A DNA stretch of 64,000 nucleotides from positions 4,154,001 to 4,218,000 of the forward strand of contig JBLDXI010000001.1 of NCBI GenBank assembly GCA_047495785.1, read 5' to 3'. The DNA is from Lepidodermella squamata. Lineage: Eukaryota > Animalia > Gastrotricha. The position numbers were made by a program, and so were the translations under genes. Under the pieces are notes generated by a model. The model was given only the letters and a program-made list of their open reading frames with translations. It did no database searches and was not told the origin of the DNA. This document shows, piece by piece, positions 25,912 to 38,262 of this stretch. Each line of letters begins with the position of its first letter. Position 1 is the first letter of the stretch.

Positions 25912-26405
25912 CAGTGCACCTTTGTTATAACAAACCGTAGCGAACTTCGACTATAACGAACAAAAATTAGTGGCACGAGCCAAACGGCGCACTTTTACAT
26001 GTTGCCAACCTCGTTTATAACGAACTTTTTATAGCGAACTTTTGGCTATAACGAACGATTCTGAGTGGCTCGGCGGCAGCTTTACGCATGATATTTACAT
26101 TGTTTTATAGCGAACTTGGGTCTCGCGCGCGCTTATACCCGCAAATTTCACGTATTTCATCTATTTTGGGGATTCAATTTTATGATCCATTACGATTTAA
26201 TCATGCTACTGAAGAAGAAAGAACTCGACGAGCTCTTGTATGAGCATTTAGACTCTATTTCTGACCCTTCTTAAGCCGAGCCATCCTGAAAATTGGGATG
26301 TTCCAAAAACTTTTTAAATTTCTCTACTTCGTTTGTAACGAACTTCGCTTATAGCGAACTTTTTTAGGTGGCACCGTAGTGGTTCGTTATAACGAAGGTG
26401 CACTG
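25912..26405. mobile_element. Tc1/mariner (Tigger/pogo-like) MITE
   Basis: ta|cagtgcacctttgttataac ... gttataacgaaggtgcactg|ta. Many internal tata[a/g]cgaac repeats. Confidence 0.9.
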
Positions 26406-27870
26406 TATAGGAATCAATTTTGAACGCATATAAATGACTTTGCAGCCACGCCCAACACTTCGTAAACAAGACTCGACGGTGAACGAGCAATTTTTGCCTT
26501 TATTTATTACAAATGAAATATTTTCGCAGTATTTTGCGTCTATCCCCGTCACCAGAAACACAGCCGGTGTCAAGTTTATTTGGTATATTTTGCAAGTTCC
26601 GGTGCGACAAATGATATAAGGACACGCATGAATGTCACAGAGTTCACGTGCACGATTTTTCCCAACTATTCAAGCTGAAAAATTTTCAAAATACATTTCG
26701 TCACATTGATGCACACTTCCGATTCATTTTTTTCCGCTCTCTCTCATAGAACCAATCAATCGTCAACATTGAGAAAAAGCAAGAAAAATGGGCGAGAAAC
26801 AGCAGATTATATAATAGCATTTATAATAACAAATAACTTTTATATGATGCCAAATTTTGTGTTTTATATCCAATTGTTATAATAGCCGCGTTCAATCAGC
26901 ATGCTCGTGGGTCACTTCACGTTCTGAAAAATATTTCAAAAAATATTTTAATTCAAGAAAAAACAATTTTTTTTTAATTTCAAAGAATCTCCAAAAATTT
27001 TAATATTTTTAGAATCATCTAAAGTTTTCGATTCGTTTTCTTTATTTAATGTTGTCATTTTTGGCAGATCAACGATATATTCAACACTGGCACGCTATCG
27101 AGCAAGCGATATTGATGCCAAAAAGCGTGGCGATGAAAAAATCGAAGCCTTCTTTCATTAACAGAAAAAACACTACTAAAAAATCACAATTTTTACGCAG
27201 CGATGCAATTAGCTTCTAAAACCTGAGATATTCCTTACTCAATGTGATAATTAACAACAACGGTATTCGAATTTATTCTGCTTTTAATTGTGACATTTAT
27301 ATGCACATTTGTTAAGATTTTTTTCGTCTGATGTTACTCGACCTAGTTTTAGCCAATAAAAATATCTTTCGGCAATGCTCGAGGCTTAGAATAATTCCTG
27401 TTGATAAGGTGTGTACAACAGTCATAATATCTTATCTGTTTTTGTCCTTGATAAGGACAGGCGTCGCTTGGCCTTGAGGTTTTTGCCTTTTGTTTGACCG
27501 CGGCTTGTAATATAGCAATACACACTTGCTAATTAAAGTGTGCTTGTGTCGAGTATTATAGCACATTAATATGTATTCAGTAAGCGTTGATATTTGCCTA
27601 GCTAACAAATAACATGCATGCGCTTGATAATATACATACCTGAATACTATATGCGCAAGAAGAAGAGGCACTTACACCGAGTGAGCGTGTAAAAAGTTAT
27701 CGCGAAAATTACCACTTGACTGGCTTGGTCTTTTTACTACAACTCAAACATCTGGCCTTAGAGCTCATATTGTCTGCATTTCATAATCTAGCTTATTAGC
27801 TTGCACGGCGGTTTTTAGTAACCCTGCACAAAATATTTCAACAGATTTATTTTGAGTGTCGTGCATATAA

Positions 27871-29820
27871 ATGAGAACTGTCGAATTTGGCTCAACTGGC
27901 CGGAAGGTTTCGTCGATTGGTTTAGGCGGTGGTCAATTTATCTATGACAGCGCCGCGGAGAAGGAAGTTCTAATCGACTGTATTCGCCATGCTTACGAAT
28001 TGGGTATTAATTACTTCGACACGGCACCGGTCTACCAGTCAGAGGCTACTTTCGGTGTGGCACTGCAAAATTTCGATCGATCAACTTTTTTCCTCGCTTC
28101 CAAGGTAAGAAAGTTAAAGCAAAATCACGCAAAAATTTACCAAAATTATGATCGCAAAATTACTCGAACCATGGGATGATTAGCTAATTCCATAGATGGA
28201 CAAACACTGCAAATTAAGTGAGAATATCTAAATTTTATTAGTAATTATTTATTCAAAGGAAAAGGAATCCAGCCACCTATCTTCATAATTTGATAAATCG
28301 AGGGAAAGTGATGCGATTAACCTCTTGAGATCAAATTGGTCTGAGGCTGTTTTTTCCAGATATATTCACAATTCAACATTTTTTTTTATTTTTGGACTGA
28401 ATTCACAAATTTCTGGCGTATTCAAATATTCCTCTCAGGTTTCAGAAATTAGCCCAAATATACTTGTGCTGGAAAATTCCGGCACCTCTTCATTTATTTT
28501 GCAAAATTCGAAGAGACATATATTTTATCCGGTTTTTTCAAAAATTTCGTTCCCATTCACTTGAAAGGCTCTTTATTTCTTAATCAGCTTAAAATAAGTT
28601 ATTTCGAATAAACTGTACTCATTTGATATTTCCTAACAATTAAAAAAAAACCTTGATTTTTCCTGATTTTTATTGGGTCTTAGACAGGTGTCGCGCAAAT
28701 TAATTCGAAAATCGCGCAATAAAATCAAAGCGTCGCGCAGAATTTAGAGATGTGCGCGTAGTAAACAAAGCGCGAAATTTCAAAGAAATTTGCGCGACGT
28801 TTTGGGTATCTCTCATTTTTTATTTATTTTATTTTATTTTAATTAACCCTTGAGAGTATTTCAGTTTTTGCCATGCTTGGAAAATTGATGTAAAAATGAA
28901 AATCTCAATTATTATTTATGATCACTCGATAATTTTCGGTTTTCTTTCTCTATTTTTATATTTAAAATTTAAAATTTGAAATTTCATTATTTGTTTTCGT
29001 GGCTTGATTTTAACTTGAGTTTCTCTATTTTTTCTAATAGGTAGGCCGGTATCCAAATCAGGATATTCTAAAGACATTCGACCTGAGCGCACAACGCGCC
29101 GAATCCAGCCTCGAAAACAGCTTGAAGCTACTGCGAACCAACTACCTCGACCTCGTACAAGTTCACGACTTCGACTACGCCGAACGTTCAATCGAAACGC
29201 TCCTCAGCGAAACCCTGCCATTCCTCGACAAAATGCGCCAAAAAGGCGTGTGCAAACACATTGGCGTCACGTCGTACGACCTGCCTAAAATGAAAGAAAT
29301 CGTCGAACGAAGCCCGGTTAAAATCGACGCGATTCTCAGCCATTCGCGGCTGACTCTAATCGATCAAGGCCTCGCGGAATACCTGCCGTTTTTCAAGGAA
29401 AAAGGCGTCGGGGTCATCAACGCGTCAGCCCTTAGCATGGGCCTGCTTAGCAGCCACGAAATCCCAGACTGGATGGCTATAACCCCAGAAATGCGAGTTG
29501 CATCTCGCAAGGCTGTAACAACTTGCCAACTCTCGAAATACGTTTTAGAACGCCTGGCTAACGCGTATTCTTACACTGAGGGTCAGCGGTTAGGCGTGGA
29601 TGTGTTATTAACAGGCGCCGCGTCACGCCAGTTGTTGGACCTCAATTTAAAGGCATATTTCGATGATTTGAGTAAGGCTGAAAAAGTTATGTGCGAGCAC
29701 ATTCGCGACGACATTTTCAAGCCGTTGTCGTTCGATGCGCGCGACATCAATCGCATAGCCAATGCGGCGCATTTTCAACAGCTCGCCACGGCCCGACGCG
29801 CCTCAATCGCGATTCAGTGA
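27871..29820 (+). CDS. Aldo-keto reductase, L-galactose dehydrogenase-like
   Basis: Exons 27871-28104 and 29041-29820 join as ASK|VGRY. Motifs GSTGRKVSSIGLG, GINYFDTAPVY, YLDLVQVHD, GVGVINAS.LSMGLL. The D/Y/K/H catalytic tetrad is present. Confidence 0.9.
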
Positions 29821-30846
29821 TACAGCAAAAAAATTCGACGTCTTTTTTGATGGATGGAACAAAAAACCTACCGAGTGTTGTGACGACAGGTGGTAAATAG
29901 TGCGTGGGGTTGCTTTCATTGCAAAAACATTGGCCTCAGTTTTTTTCGCGTCACATGAATAGCGGCGTAAAAGAAGCAATGCACTGGGAAGAATCCTGGC
30001 ATTGAATTTAATTTTTTTTCGAAATAAAAAAAATATGAAACGCATTGTATTTGTGGCTTTTGAGTGATGATGAGTTTTTTCATTTAACAGGTGCTGCTCT
30101 CATTTCAGCCAAATAACAGACATGAGATAATGCGGGCAGAAGTTTGAATATTGACCCGACAGAAAACCTCCTGAAATATTTTCCTAATGCACCTAATGAC
30201 ACCTTATGCAATTTTCCGAGGAAAAATCTCAAATTGGAAGTAGAAAGCTGATATTATTAGCTTTTACGGGGGTCGATTGCGTCACGTGACCTTAAACCTT
30301 ACCTGACCTTACCCTTAGTCCGGGCGATTGTCTCGAGCAATGTTAGTGCTGTGGAGCCTCTCATTGGGCTGGGTATAACTTTACCAGAGCAATGAAACTG
30401 AAGCTATGAAACTGAGTTCAATTTGATAAAAAGATACCGTTAGATGGGTGACTTTAGCCAAACTTTGATATGATGCCAAAATATCGTCGAAGGTAGGATA
30501 CCCCATGTAGCCGTTGATTAGCCTGGAGAAAGGAAAATCTGAAAACGGCATATTGCAAACGGCATGGCGCTTCCATTGAGTAGCCACCGAAGTTCTACCT
30601 TTAACAGACATTTTCCAAAATGTTCCCATGTAGATGGTTCTCCGATCAAAATGCATGCAATTTTTTTACATGGCGCTCAAATGATCACACGATGCCCCAT
30701 TTTGGCACATCAAAGTGACCCTACAATGCAAAGTCAACAAATTTTTGGGTGGAACATCGACCCATTTGGGCAATTGGGTATGAAGGAATAATGCAACGAT
30801 TGTTTGCGAAGAAAGGCGAGAATAGCAAGGTTTTTTTACTTGTCAT

Positions 30847-32262
30847 TCACTTATCATATTTCCCTCTTTCACACACAAAGGCGATAGTTTTAGAACGCCG
30901 CTGCTGAGGCATAGGTAAACTGCTGTCAGGCTCGAACTGCCGCAGGACTTCGTTGAAGGCAACCGTCAAAATGGGTCTGGGATGGCCGTCTGATGTTAGG
31001 AGAGGCGCTATAGTCGTTGGAAACGCTCGATCGCCGAGTTGAAAGCTCCAGACCACCGGGGAATCTTCTTGAGACGCCTCTGCAGGCTCGTCATCTTGAA
31101 AGGAAACTACAGGATGCGAGGCCAAAGCACATTTCCTATTAAACATCTAAATAAGACATAGTTATGGTCTGTCTTGGATCCGAGGAGTTAAATTAGTACC
31201 TGAATTCTGTGATTTCCGGTATCAGCGACGAAAAGGTTCCCGGCAGCATCGAACACAACTCCAGTCGGTCCATTGACTTGCCCCGGCTGAGAACCGAAAC
31301 GGGCTAAGATGTGCGAGAACCTAATCTTCTCACCAGCGATCACAAAAATCGATACATGGCTGTTTAAGCAATCGCTAACCGCCATGTAGCGATGTGGCAT
31401 ATGAGTCGCAAGCTTCCGCGTGACGGATACCTTGAATGGGGCAAATTTCAAGTCCCCTTTCGCGTTGAGGGAAATGTTTGGTGGAAGTTGAATCTCCGGC
31501 AGTTCACAGCCTTCGACCAAGGACCATTGCCTTACAGATCGATGGCGTTTCGAATCACAACAGAACAAAGCCTCGCCGTTAACATCAATTGCAAGCCCCT
31601 CAAACCTCCGATTTCCAGAGCCGCGGACGAAAAAGTCTAGTACTACCTCGGGATTTTTGATAATTTGAATTAACGAAGTCGTTAGTATCCCAACGCGATC
31701 GTCGACCATTGAGAAATACAGCTGAAGTGTCTGTTCATCGATCGCAGCGTGGGCTATAATTCTATCCTTATTTAAGGTCGTCTTCCGATCGTAAAAGATG
31801 TCGGCCTTTGTTGGTAGGAGAAGTTTAGACTTGAATAAAGCTACAGGATACTTTGTCTCTCGTATGTCGAACCCAACTATGGTCCCGTCGCAGTAGACGG
31901 CTATCAAAAGTTGGCTGCAGTGGTCGAGAAGTCGCATTGACAATTTAATTTGTCGATAATCGCTGGTGAGGGGCACTGCTAAGAGCTCTACAAGCTCGTT
32001 AGGTAACGCCTGATCCTCTTGTAAGTTTTTAGCTCTGGCCAAGTCTAGACCCATTGGCGCGTTGGGAATACTATACCAATAGTGTGATTTAAAGACTCTG
32101 TAAGAAGGCGAGCGCTCTTCCTTGCGGTAGTTCATGGCGTCGTCGTCATCCTGTTAAATATTAGTCTAGCATTAGCCGATTCGATTGTTAGTAATGGCCG
32201 TAACTTACGTCGACTGCCAATCCCTGCTGCGATATGATTTGCAAGATTCGCGCCGTCTTCAT
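30847..32262 (-). CDS. NHL-repeat / beta-propeller-containing protein
   Basis: Exons 32262-32209, 32150-31200 and 31146-30847. Canonical NHL repeat FGSQPGQVNGPTGVVFDAAGNLFVADTGNHRIQ|MF plus degenerate blades (GLAID..LFCCDS, MAVSDCLNSHVSIF). The 3' end is uncertain. Confidence 0.7.
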
Positions 32263-32443
32263 ACTTCACGCCCGTTAATCTAACACTTGTCGTAAAAAAA
32301 GACGGTTTAAAAAGAAAATACAATGGTAGATTTGAATCGATTTAACACAGTTAGTTAATAATTCAGTGGAAATTACTTGAATATTTTACTAACATCGAAC
32401 ATCAATCGGTGTATTGATTCTTAATGAATACTTAACGTATTAA

Positions 32444-33506
32444 TCAGTCACAAATGAGGCGGCCTTGAACTTCGCGGCAATTATCGCTGTAATAGTCCGA
32501 TTTGTTAGGAGTGGTGGTGGAACTTTTCGTTTGAGTCGTCCTTGTAGTTGTTGTTGAGCTCGAAAGGACAGCTTGAGTTGAAGTTGGGACAATTTGGGTC
32601 GTTTGAATGGTTGAACTGCTGGGTGGGGCTGCTGTGGTAGAAGATGTCAGAATTGCTGAGAAAATTCTGGAAAATGCGTTAGTTGTAGTGATTTGCTTCG
32701 AACTGACCATGAAGTTATTGATGGATATACTGGCAAGTGGGCATTCATCCGGATAGTAGCCCTCAATTGCACTCAGAAAGTGTCTAATCGACAATTCAAC
32801 CACACCATGTGCGTTTGGCGTAGTCATAAGACATTCCGCATGAACAGACCACAGAATTTTAACAATGACATCAGAAGTTGAATCACAATCATCGGGATTA
32901 AACACCTCAGCATTAAGAACTCGGAGAAGTTCGGCAATAAATGGCTTCAATTCAGGTTTAGTCATGGCTGCGACCAAACATTCACGGTTGTCGAGCATAG
33001 CCTTCAGACCAATGTTCGATGTGCAAAAGCCATACGCCAAGGTCATTGTCCATCTGATGAACTCACTATCGATAGCAGATAATTCATTTGAATTCATCGT
33101 GTCTCCGACTCGCCTAAAGACTGCTGTGGCTTTCTGGAGTAACACAGGGCAGTTCCACCAATTTAACGCCAGCGTGTTACTGCCAGCGCAATATTGTGAT
33201 ACATTCACGTTCCGGCAAAGCGTTTGAACTGAGTCGATCCGAGCTTGAAGTTGCCTCGACTGTTCCGTAGCATAGTTTAAAGGACTTGTGGTCTGAAAAT
33301 GGCAAAGCCGTAGAAAAACATAGCTAACAATTTAGATTAATTACTTGAAGAGTTCGGAATTTTTTAACGACATTAGGCTCGAGAAACAAGCTCAGGCACC
33401 TGAACATATCAACTGAGTCATCGCACTGGGTTACAGCTGGATGTTGGCAGTTGACGTATAACACTGCTAGGAGGCATGTCAAAACTAACACATCAATTCT
33501 AAACAT
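32444..33506 (-). CDS. Secreted Cys-rich WWxCP-family protein, paralog 2 (336 aa)
   Basis: Exons 33506-33345 and 33292-32444. Signal peptide, LNWWNCP, Thr/Ser-rich stalk, ends CREVQGRLICD. Confidence 0.88.
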
Positions 33507-33590
33507 GCTTTTCGACGTGTTAATGAAGTGAGCAAAAGGTTGAATGCGTGTATTTCATGCGTCCTATCGTCTTAGTTTTTATTCAATTTA

Positions 33591-34584
33591 TCAGTCACAG
33601 ACAATGCCAATACCATCTTCAAAATGACAGTTTTCATAGTAGTAATATACGGGCGATTTTGTGGCGCCAGGTCGAGGGGGTTGGAACGTCCGTGCCGTCT
33701 GAATTAATGTGGACAACCGAACTGGAGATGGGGTAGTTGTAGTAGCGCTACCAGTAGTAGTAGTAGTAGTAGATCTTGATGTGGTTGAAGCCCGTGTTGT
33801 AGTTATTTGAGTTGTAGTGGGAGCTGAGGCTACTAGAGGACACGACTCGACACTGTATCCAGTTTTCAAGGTCAAAGTTGCCCCGAAGAGGCCTAGCATA
33901 GACCCTGTAGCATCACTTCTATTCCTCCCACAAGCGTCTCCAACTGCCGCTAAAAGTTTCCCAATTGAGTCTTGCATTGGCGAGCAAGTTTGGTTAAAGT
34001 TGTAAGCGGACAATATAACTGCTAGTTTTTGAATGTCGGTCGTTAGCTCAGTTCTAGCCATTGCTGTAGTGATGCATTGTTTGTTCGCTGTGATTGATCG
34101 CAATCCAAGCGGGGACGTGCAGAGATCATTCGCAGCGGTTAATAATGCTCGTAGTTGATCAGCCTCATAGTTCAGCCCGGCAAACATTTGCATGTAACCG
34201 AAAGCTTTCTGCAGTAATACAGGACAATGCCACCACTGGACTGGGACTCGATTTGAGCCGGCACAGAGCTTTGAAGTCTCAACACTTCCGCAAAGCTCCT
34301 GAACAGCAGCTAAACGAGCTGTTAGTCTATCTGGACCGTCGTTTATAAACATCAAAGGGCCGACTCCCTAAATACTTGATGTAAGATCTGTGAGACCTAT
34401 AATTCTAGAATCATACCTGAACCTCTCCAAACAATCCAAAAGTGCTCATGAAAGGCATGAGACAAGCCAGCAGCTCAAGATTGTTATTGCATTGCGAGAG
34501 ATTGTAGGGTGTAGTCGATATTTGGCCCGTTGAGATGTGTAAAAGGAATGCAATGATTCCGGAAAGAACTACGCATGAATTCAT
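33591..34584 (-). CDS. Secreted Cys-rich WWxCP-family protein, paralog 3 (314 aa)
   Basis: Exons 34584-34417 and 34367-33591. VQWWHCP, poly-Thr stalk, ends CHFEDGIGIVCD. Confidence 0.88.
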
Positions 34585-34827
34585 TGAATACAAAAATGTC
34601 GCTTAATTATTAGAATTTAGCTTCATTCACCGCTAGGCGTGGGCAGGTAGCTAGTTGGCACTGCCGTACTCACACGCATACGCGACCTTGAGGTGTACAA
34701 AAAATAACAATGAAACAACCCTGGTGCGTTACGTCTTATTTCTTTACTTTTAACCAGAAGAGTAATGAGAAAAATTATGATAAAAAATCACCGGATAGCT
34801 AAAAGACTTAAACTAAGCTGAGTTTTG

Positions 34828-35694
34828 TTATTCACAGACAAGATCACCGATCTCGTTATCGAAATAGCATCCATCAGGAACAGGAGCTTGTGTTGTGGTA
34901 GTAGTAGTACGTCTTCTTCTGGTCGTCGTAGTTCCCCGAGATGTCGACGTCGTAGAGGGATCGCTGTCGAAGCTGGCATAAGCATTAATGCCACACTTTT
35001 GATCGTAACCCACAACCAGACTCAGGGAGGCGTGGAATATTCCTTGGGTGAGCTTCAATGCATCAGCTGGGCAACCTGTGCCAACTGCTTTAATCACCTG
35101 GAAATATCCATCCTTAACCTTGTCACAGTCGTTCATCGTAAAGCTGTATCCCGCGCTGAAAAATTGCTGCAGATCTTTGATGTTTTGGCTGAGTTCAGGT
35201 CGGCTCATTTGATTGATCAAACATCTCTCGTTGCGTTTCATTGCCTGCAGGCCATTTGGCGAGAAACAGAGATTGTCCGCGACTTGAAGGACATACTTGA
35301 TCTCCTCGCTTCCAATGCTGTTCATACCAGGCGCGGTGAAGCTTCCAGAGTACTGGAGGAGCAGACCCGAAGCTGAGCTGAGAAGGTCAGGGCACTCCCA
35401 CCAGGCCAAAGCTGTTCCACTCGCAGTACCCGCGCATCGTTTAGACATGAAGAGACCTCGGCAAATATCCGTTGCCAGATTGTAACGGCTTCGAACGGTA
35501 GCCTGAGAATCTGTCACCAGCATAAGGGGTGAAATGCCTTGAAATTCCTTCAGGCGATCGATTGGTATCGAAGAAATCATGTCAGTGAGACATCCGAACA
35601 TGATGCTAGTATCTGAGTGGCATTGAGGGTTTTGACCATTGGCAAAGGTAGCGACAGAGATGAGTAGAAAACTTCCAACGGCAAGTCGAGCCAT
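34828..35694 (-). CDS. Secreted Cys-rich WWxCP-family protein, paralog 4 (intronless, 288 aa)
   Basis: Signal peptide MARLAVGSFLLISVATFANG. LAWWECP, Thr stalk with RRRR, ends CYFDNEIGDLVCE. Confidence 0.88.
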   Translation of the reverse strand: MARLAVGSFLLISVATFANGQNPQCHSDTSIMFGCLTDMISSIPIDRLKEFQGISPLMLVTDSQATVRSRYNLATDICRGLFMSKRCAGTASGTALAWWECPDLLSSASGLLLQYSGSFTAPGMNSIGSEEIKYVLQVADNLCFSPNGLQAMKRNERCLINQMSRPELSQNIKDLQQFFSAGYSFTMNDCDKVKDGYFQVIKAVGTGCPADALKLTQGIFHASLSLVVGYDQKCGINAYASFDSDPSTTSTSRGTTTTRRRRTTTTTTQAPVPDGCYFDNEIGDLVCE

Positions 35695-36610
35695 CTTAGA
35701 GTCCGCGTAAGAAGAACAAGAAATGGAAAAAGCCTTGTTCACTTGGGTTTAAACAAGATTTTTGGAAAGCGGCAGTTAATATACAGGGTGTGTAATTGCA
35801 GGCATGCTTTGTCCGCCTTCGTTCATTGCCGTTGTAGTAGCATTTCACGACACACGTCATTCTCGTGCCTACCTGCCCACGTTAACACGATGGAACAATC
35901 AGACGGTGAGTAGTGAAGAAGTCTGTAAACACTGCGAGAATACCAGGTAATGTATGCTCATAGCCCTGAACTTTGATGAAAAGAAGTTCACAATAGATCT
36001 TGCTAGAATCAAACTGAAACAGAGTGGTTACAAAACAATAGAACTTGACCGCAAACAGGAATGAATAGCTTGCTGCTTTTTAATATCCAAATTCGTCATG
36101 CTTTTTTCATTGAATACGTCGGGTGTCGGGTTGGAATATTGAAGCGCTGCCAATTTCCAGTCTCCTCATGGTAAAGTCATATAATATTATGTGAAAGTAA
36201 TCCAAGACAAAGTCTTTGCCGGGCCTTCAATTCCCTAACGAAGAACAATAAAGTAGTTGGAATTCGAAATGTTGGGTTGGCGGAAATCTCATAGTTCGTG
36301 CCGGTCTCTACAAAATTTCAAATATTTTCCCATACTTCAGCGGTTTTGGAGTGTAATTTTGGAATGAAGACCGTTTTTCTTGCGATTTCAGCCAAATTTT
36401 GCCCATTTTGGTGTTTAAAAATTTCTCGTTTGATGTTTAAAATTTAAACTGCTAAACTGCTTAAAAACACTGCTTTTGTGAAGTTTGACAATCTGTAGCG
36501 GAATATGCATCGCTACATCTATGGTGTAATGAGTTTCAAAACGAGAACATAATCAACTAATATATAGCGTTTTATTTCAAATGAAACATGCCCAATTTGA
36601 CAAATTTAGT

Positions 36611-37531
36611 TCATTTTTCCTCGCTATCTGGATCCTCGCAAACAACTCCAACACCTGGCTGGTACTCACAGCCTGGCGGAAGAGTAGTCGTACTAGTAGT
36701 TGAAGGTCTATTGGCAGGACGCGCCGTCGGATTATTTTGACGTCTGCCTCCATTATTCCCATTGTCATTATTTGCCGGCTGGACAAACCGAGACTGCTGG
36801 CAAGCGACGTTCTCGAACAAAGGACAATCTTCCCTTTTGTAGCCCAGCACCAAGCCAATCGCAGGTTTGAAGATGTTGACTGTAAGCTGGCAAGTTTGGG
36901 TCGGGGCATTCGTGCAAGACGCGCTAACAGCATTTGCGATAGATGTTGTAGCAACTTGCGTCTTCGGGCAATCACCAGCTTGGAACTGATAATTTGGCTC
37001 AAATACCGCGAACATATACTCGACTTGAGTTTTGACAGAATCTTGACGTAGAGCGTTGGTAATGCATTCCTGGTTCAGTTCCAAAGTCCTAATCCCAGCC
37101 TGGCCAACGCAGAGATCGCCAGCCATTTGAAGTACATATTGAATTTGATCTGATGTAACGTTAGGCATTCCGGGCATCGCGAAATACTGTTGGAAAGTCA
37201 GCAGTTGGGAAACGGTGGCTTTGAAGAGGTTAGGGCATGACCACCAGGCCAAGGAACCGCCTCGACCTCCTGCGGCACAAACCATTGATGCTTGAAGTCT
37301 GTTGCAAATAAGCTTAGCTGCGCTGATCCGCGACTCAATCTCCTGTGGTTTATCGTTCAACAAAAGTAGAGGAGAAATGCTCTGGAACGCTTGAAGTTGC
37401 GATAGCACATCGTTGTTGAGAAGAGGTGGCAAGCATGTTCTCATGATTTGCGGGTTATCGTTACATCGCTGGTCTTGCTGAGCGCTAACCAATGCGATGA
37501 GAGCGCAACTAGCAATAAGAATTCGAGCCAT
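36611..37531 (-). CDS. Secreted Cys-rich WWxCP-family protein, paralog 5 (intronless, 306 aa)
   Basis: Signal peptide MARILIASCALIALVSA. LAWWSCP, Asn/Thr-rich linker, CEYQPGVGVVCE near the C-terminus. A TATA-like element (cttatat on the minus strand) lies at ~37665. Confidence 0.88.
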   Translation of the reverse strand: MARILIASCALIALVSAQQDQRCNDNPQIMRTCLPPLLNNDVLSQLQAFQSISPLLLLNDKPQEIESRISAAKLICNRLQASMVCAAGGRGGSLAWWSCPNLFKATVSQLLTFQQYFAMPGMPNVTSDQIQYVLQMAGDLCVGQAGIRTLELNQECITNALRQDSVKTQVEYMFAVFEPNYQFQAGDCPKTQVATTSIANAVSASCTNAPTQTCQLTVNIFKPAIGLVLGYKREDCPLFENVACQQSRFVQPANNDNGNNGGRRQNNPTARPANRPSTTSTTTLPPGCEYQPGVGVVCEDPDSEEK

Positions 37532-38262
37532 ATTTTAGGGGCGGGAAGCTGTCGAAATGTAGCGAGCAAAGAAACTCTGCTGCAACTGGGTATTTCAACC
37601 TTTGTAGTGGGTGAAAATACAGTTCTGGGGTTTGCTGTTGAGAGCGGAGTCGTGTCGAGCATATAAGCCCACGCGCAACCACGTTCATTTGTTTGTTGGC
37701 AAGCAAGGCTTCAGCTTTAAATTTGCTTCCACCTACTGCCAACCCTAGCGACGTTCGTTTAATCTTCATTACATCACCGATTTTCAATGTATTTCCACGA
37801 TTGAGGTATGAATGAGGGGACCATTAGTATTGACTAAATCGAAAACCAAAGTAAAACCTCGCCTTATTCTAATAAAATTTGCAAATAACTAATTATAAAT
37901 AAAAAATCCATTTGTTTATCATTACAATAGGTATTCTAGTTTTAGTCATTCATCCAACAACTTGCTACCTTCCGCAAGCATCTCCCTTCATCCTCCCCTC
38001 TAATACATTATCTTGTTATTCACAGCAGATATCAATGATAGATTCACAGGGGCAGGTCAAAGTTAAATTGCGCTCAATGCGTGAAAAGGGCAGTGAATGG
38101 GCAGTGAAAACTTCAAGTAAGTGTACACGTGTACATCTCCTACTTTACTATAGCGCTTTTCGACTGCTATTCAAGTAAAACCTATTCACACACGCTACAC
38201 ATGGTTTAATTAAACTACAACGCACAAACTATCAGTAAGATAATGCCAGCCGCGTACATCGC

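Noticed and set aside
25930-26400. Regularly recurring tataacgaac motifs resembling a CRISPR or iteron array
   Set aside because: Irregular spacing inside a TA-flanked TIR element; these are MITE subterminal repeats in a eukaryotic genome.
28183-28200. gctaattc-CATAGA, resembling the left end of another CAT-type MITE in the AKR intron
   Set aside because: No matching right TIR or second TSD found.
30381-30656. 91-aa minus-strand ORF downstream of the NHL gene
   Set aside because: I could not link it by convincing splice sites and it has no recognisable motif. It could still be an additional exon.
34825-35376. 183-aa plus-strand ORF
   Set aside because: Antisense to WWxCP paralog 4; its low-complexity stretch mirrors the Thr codons.
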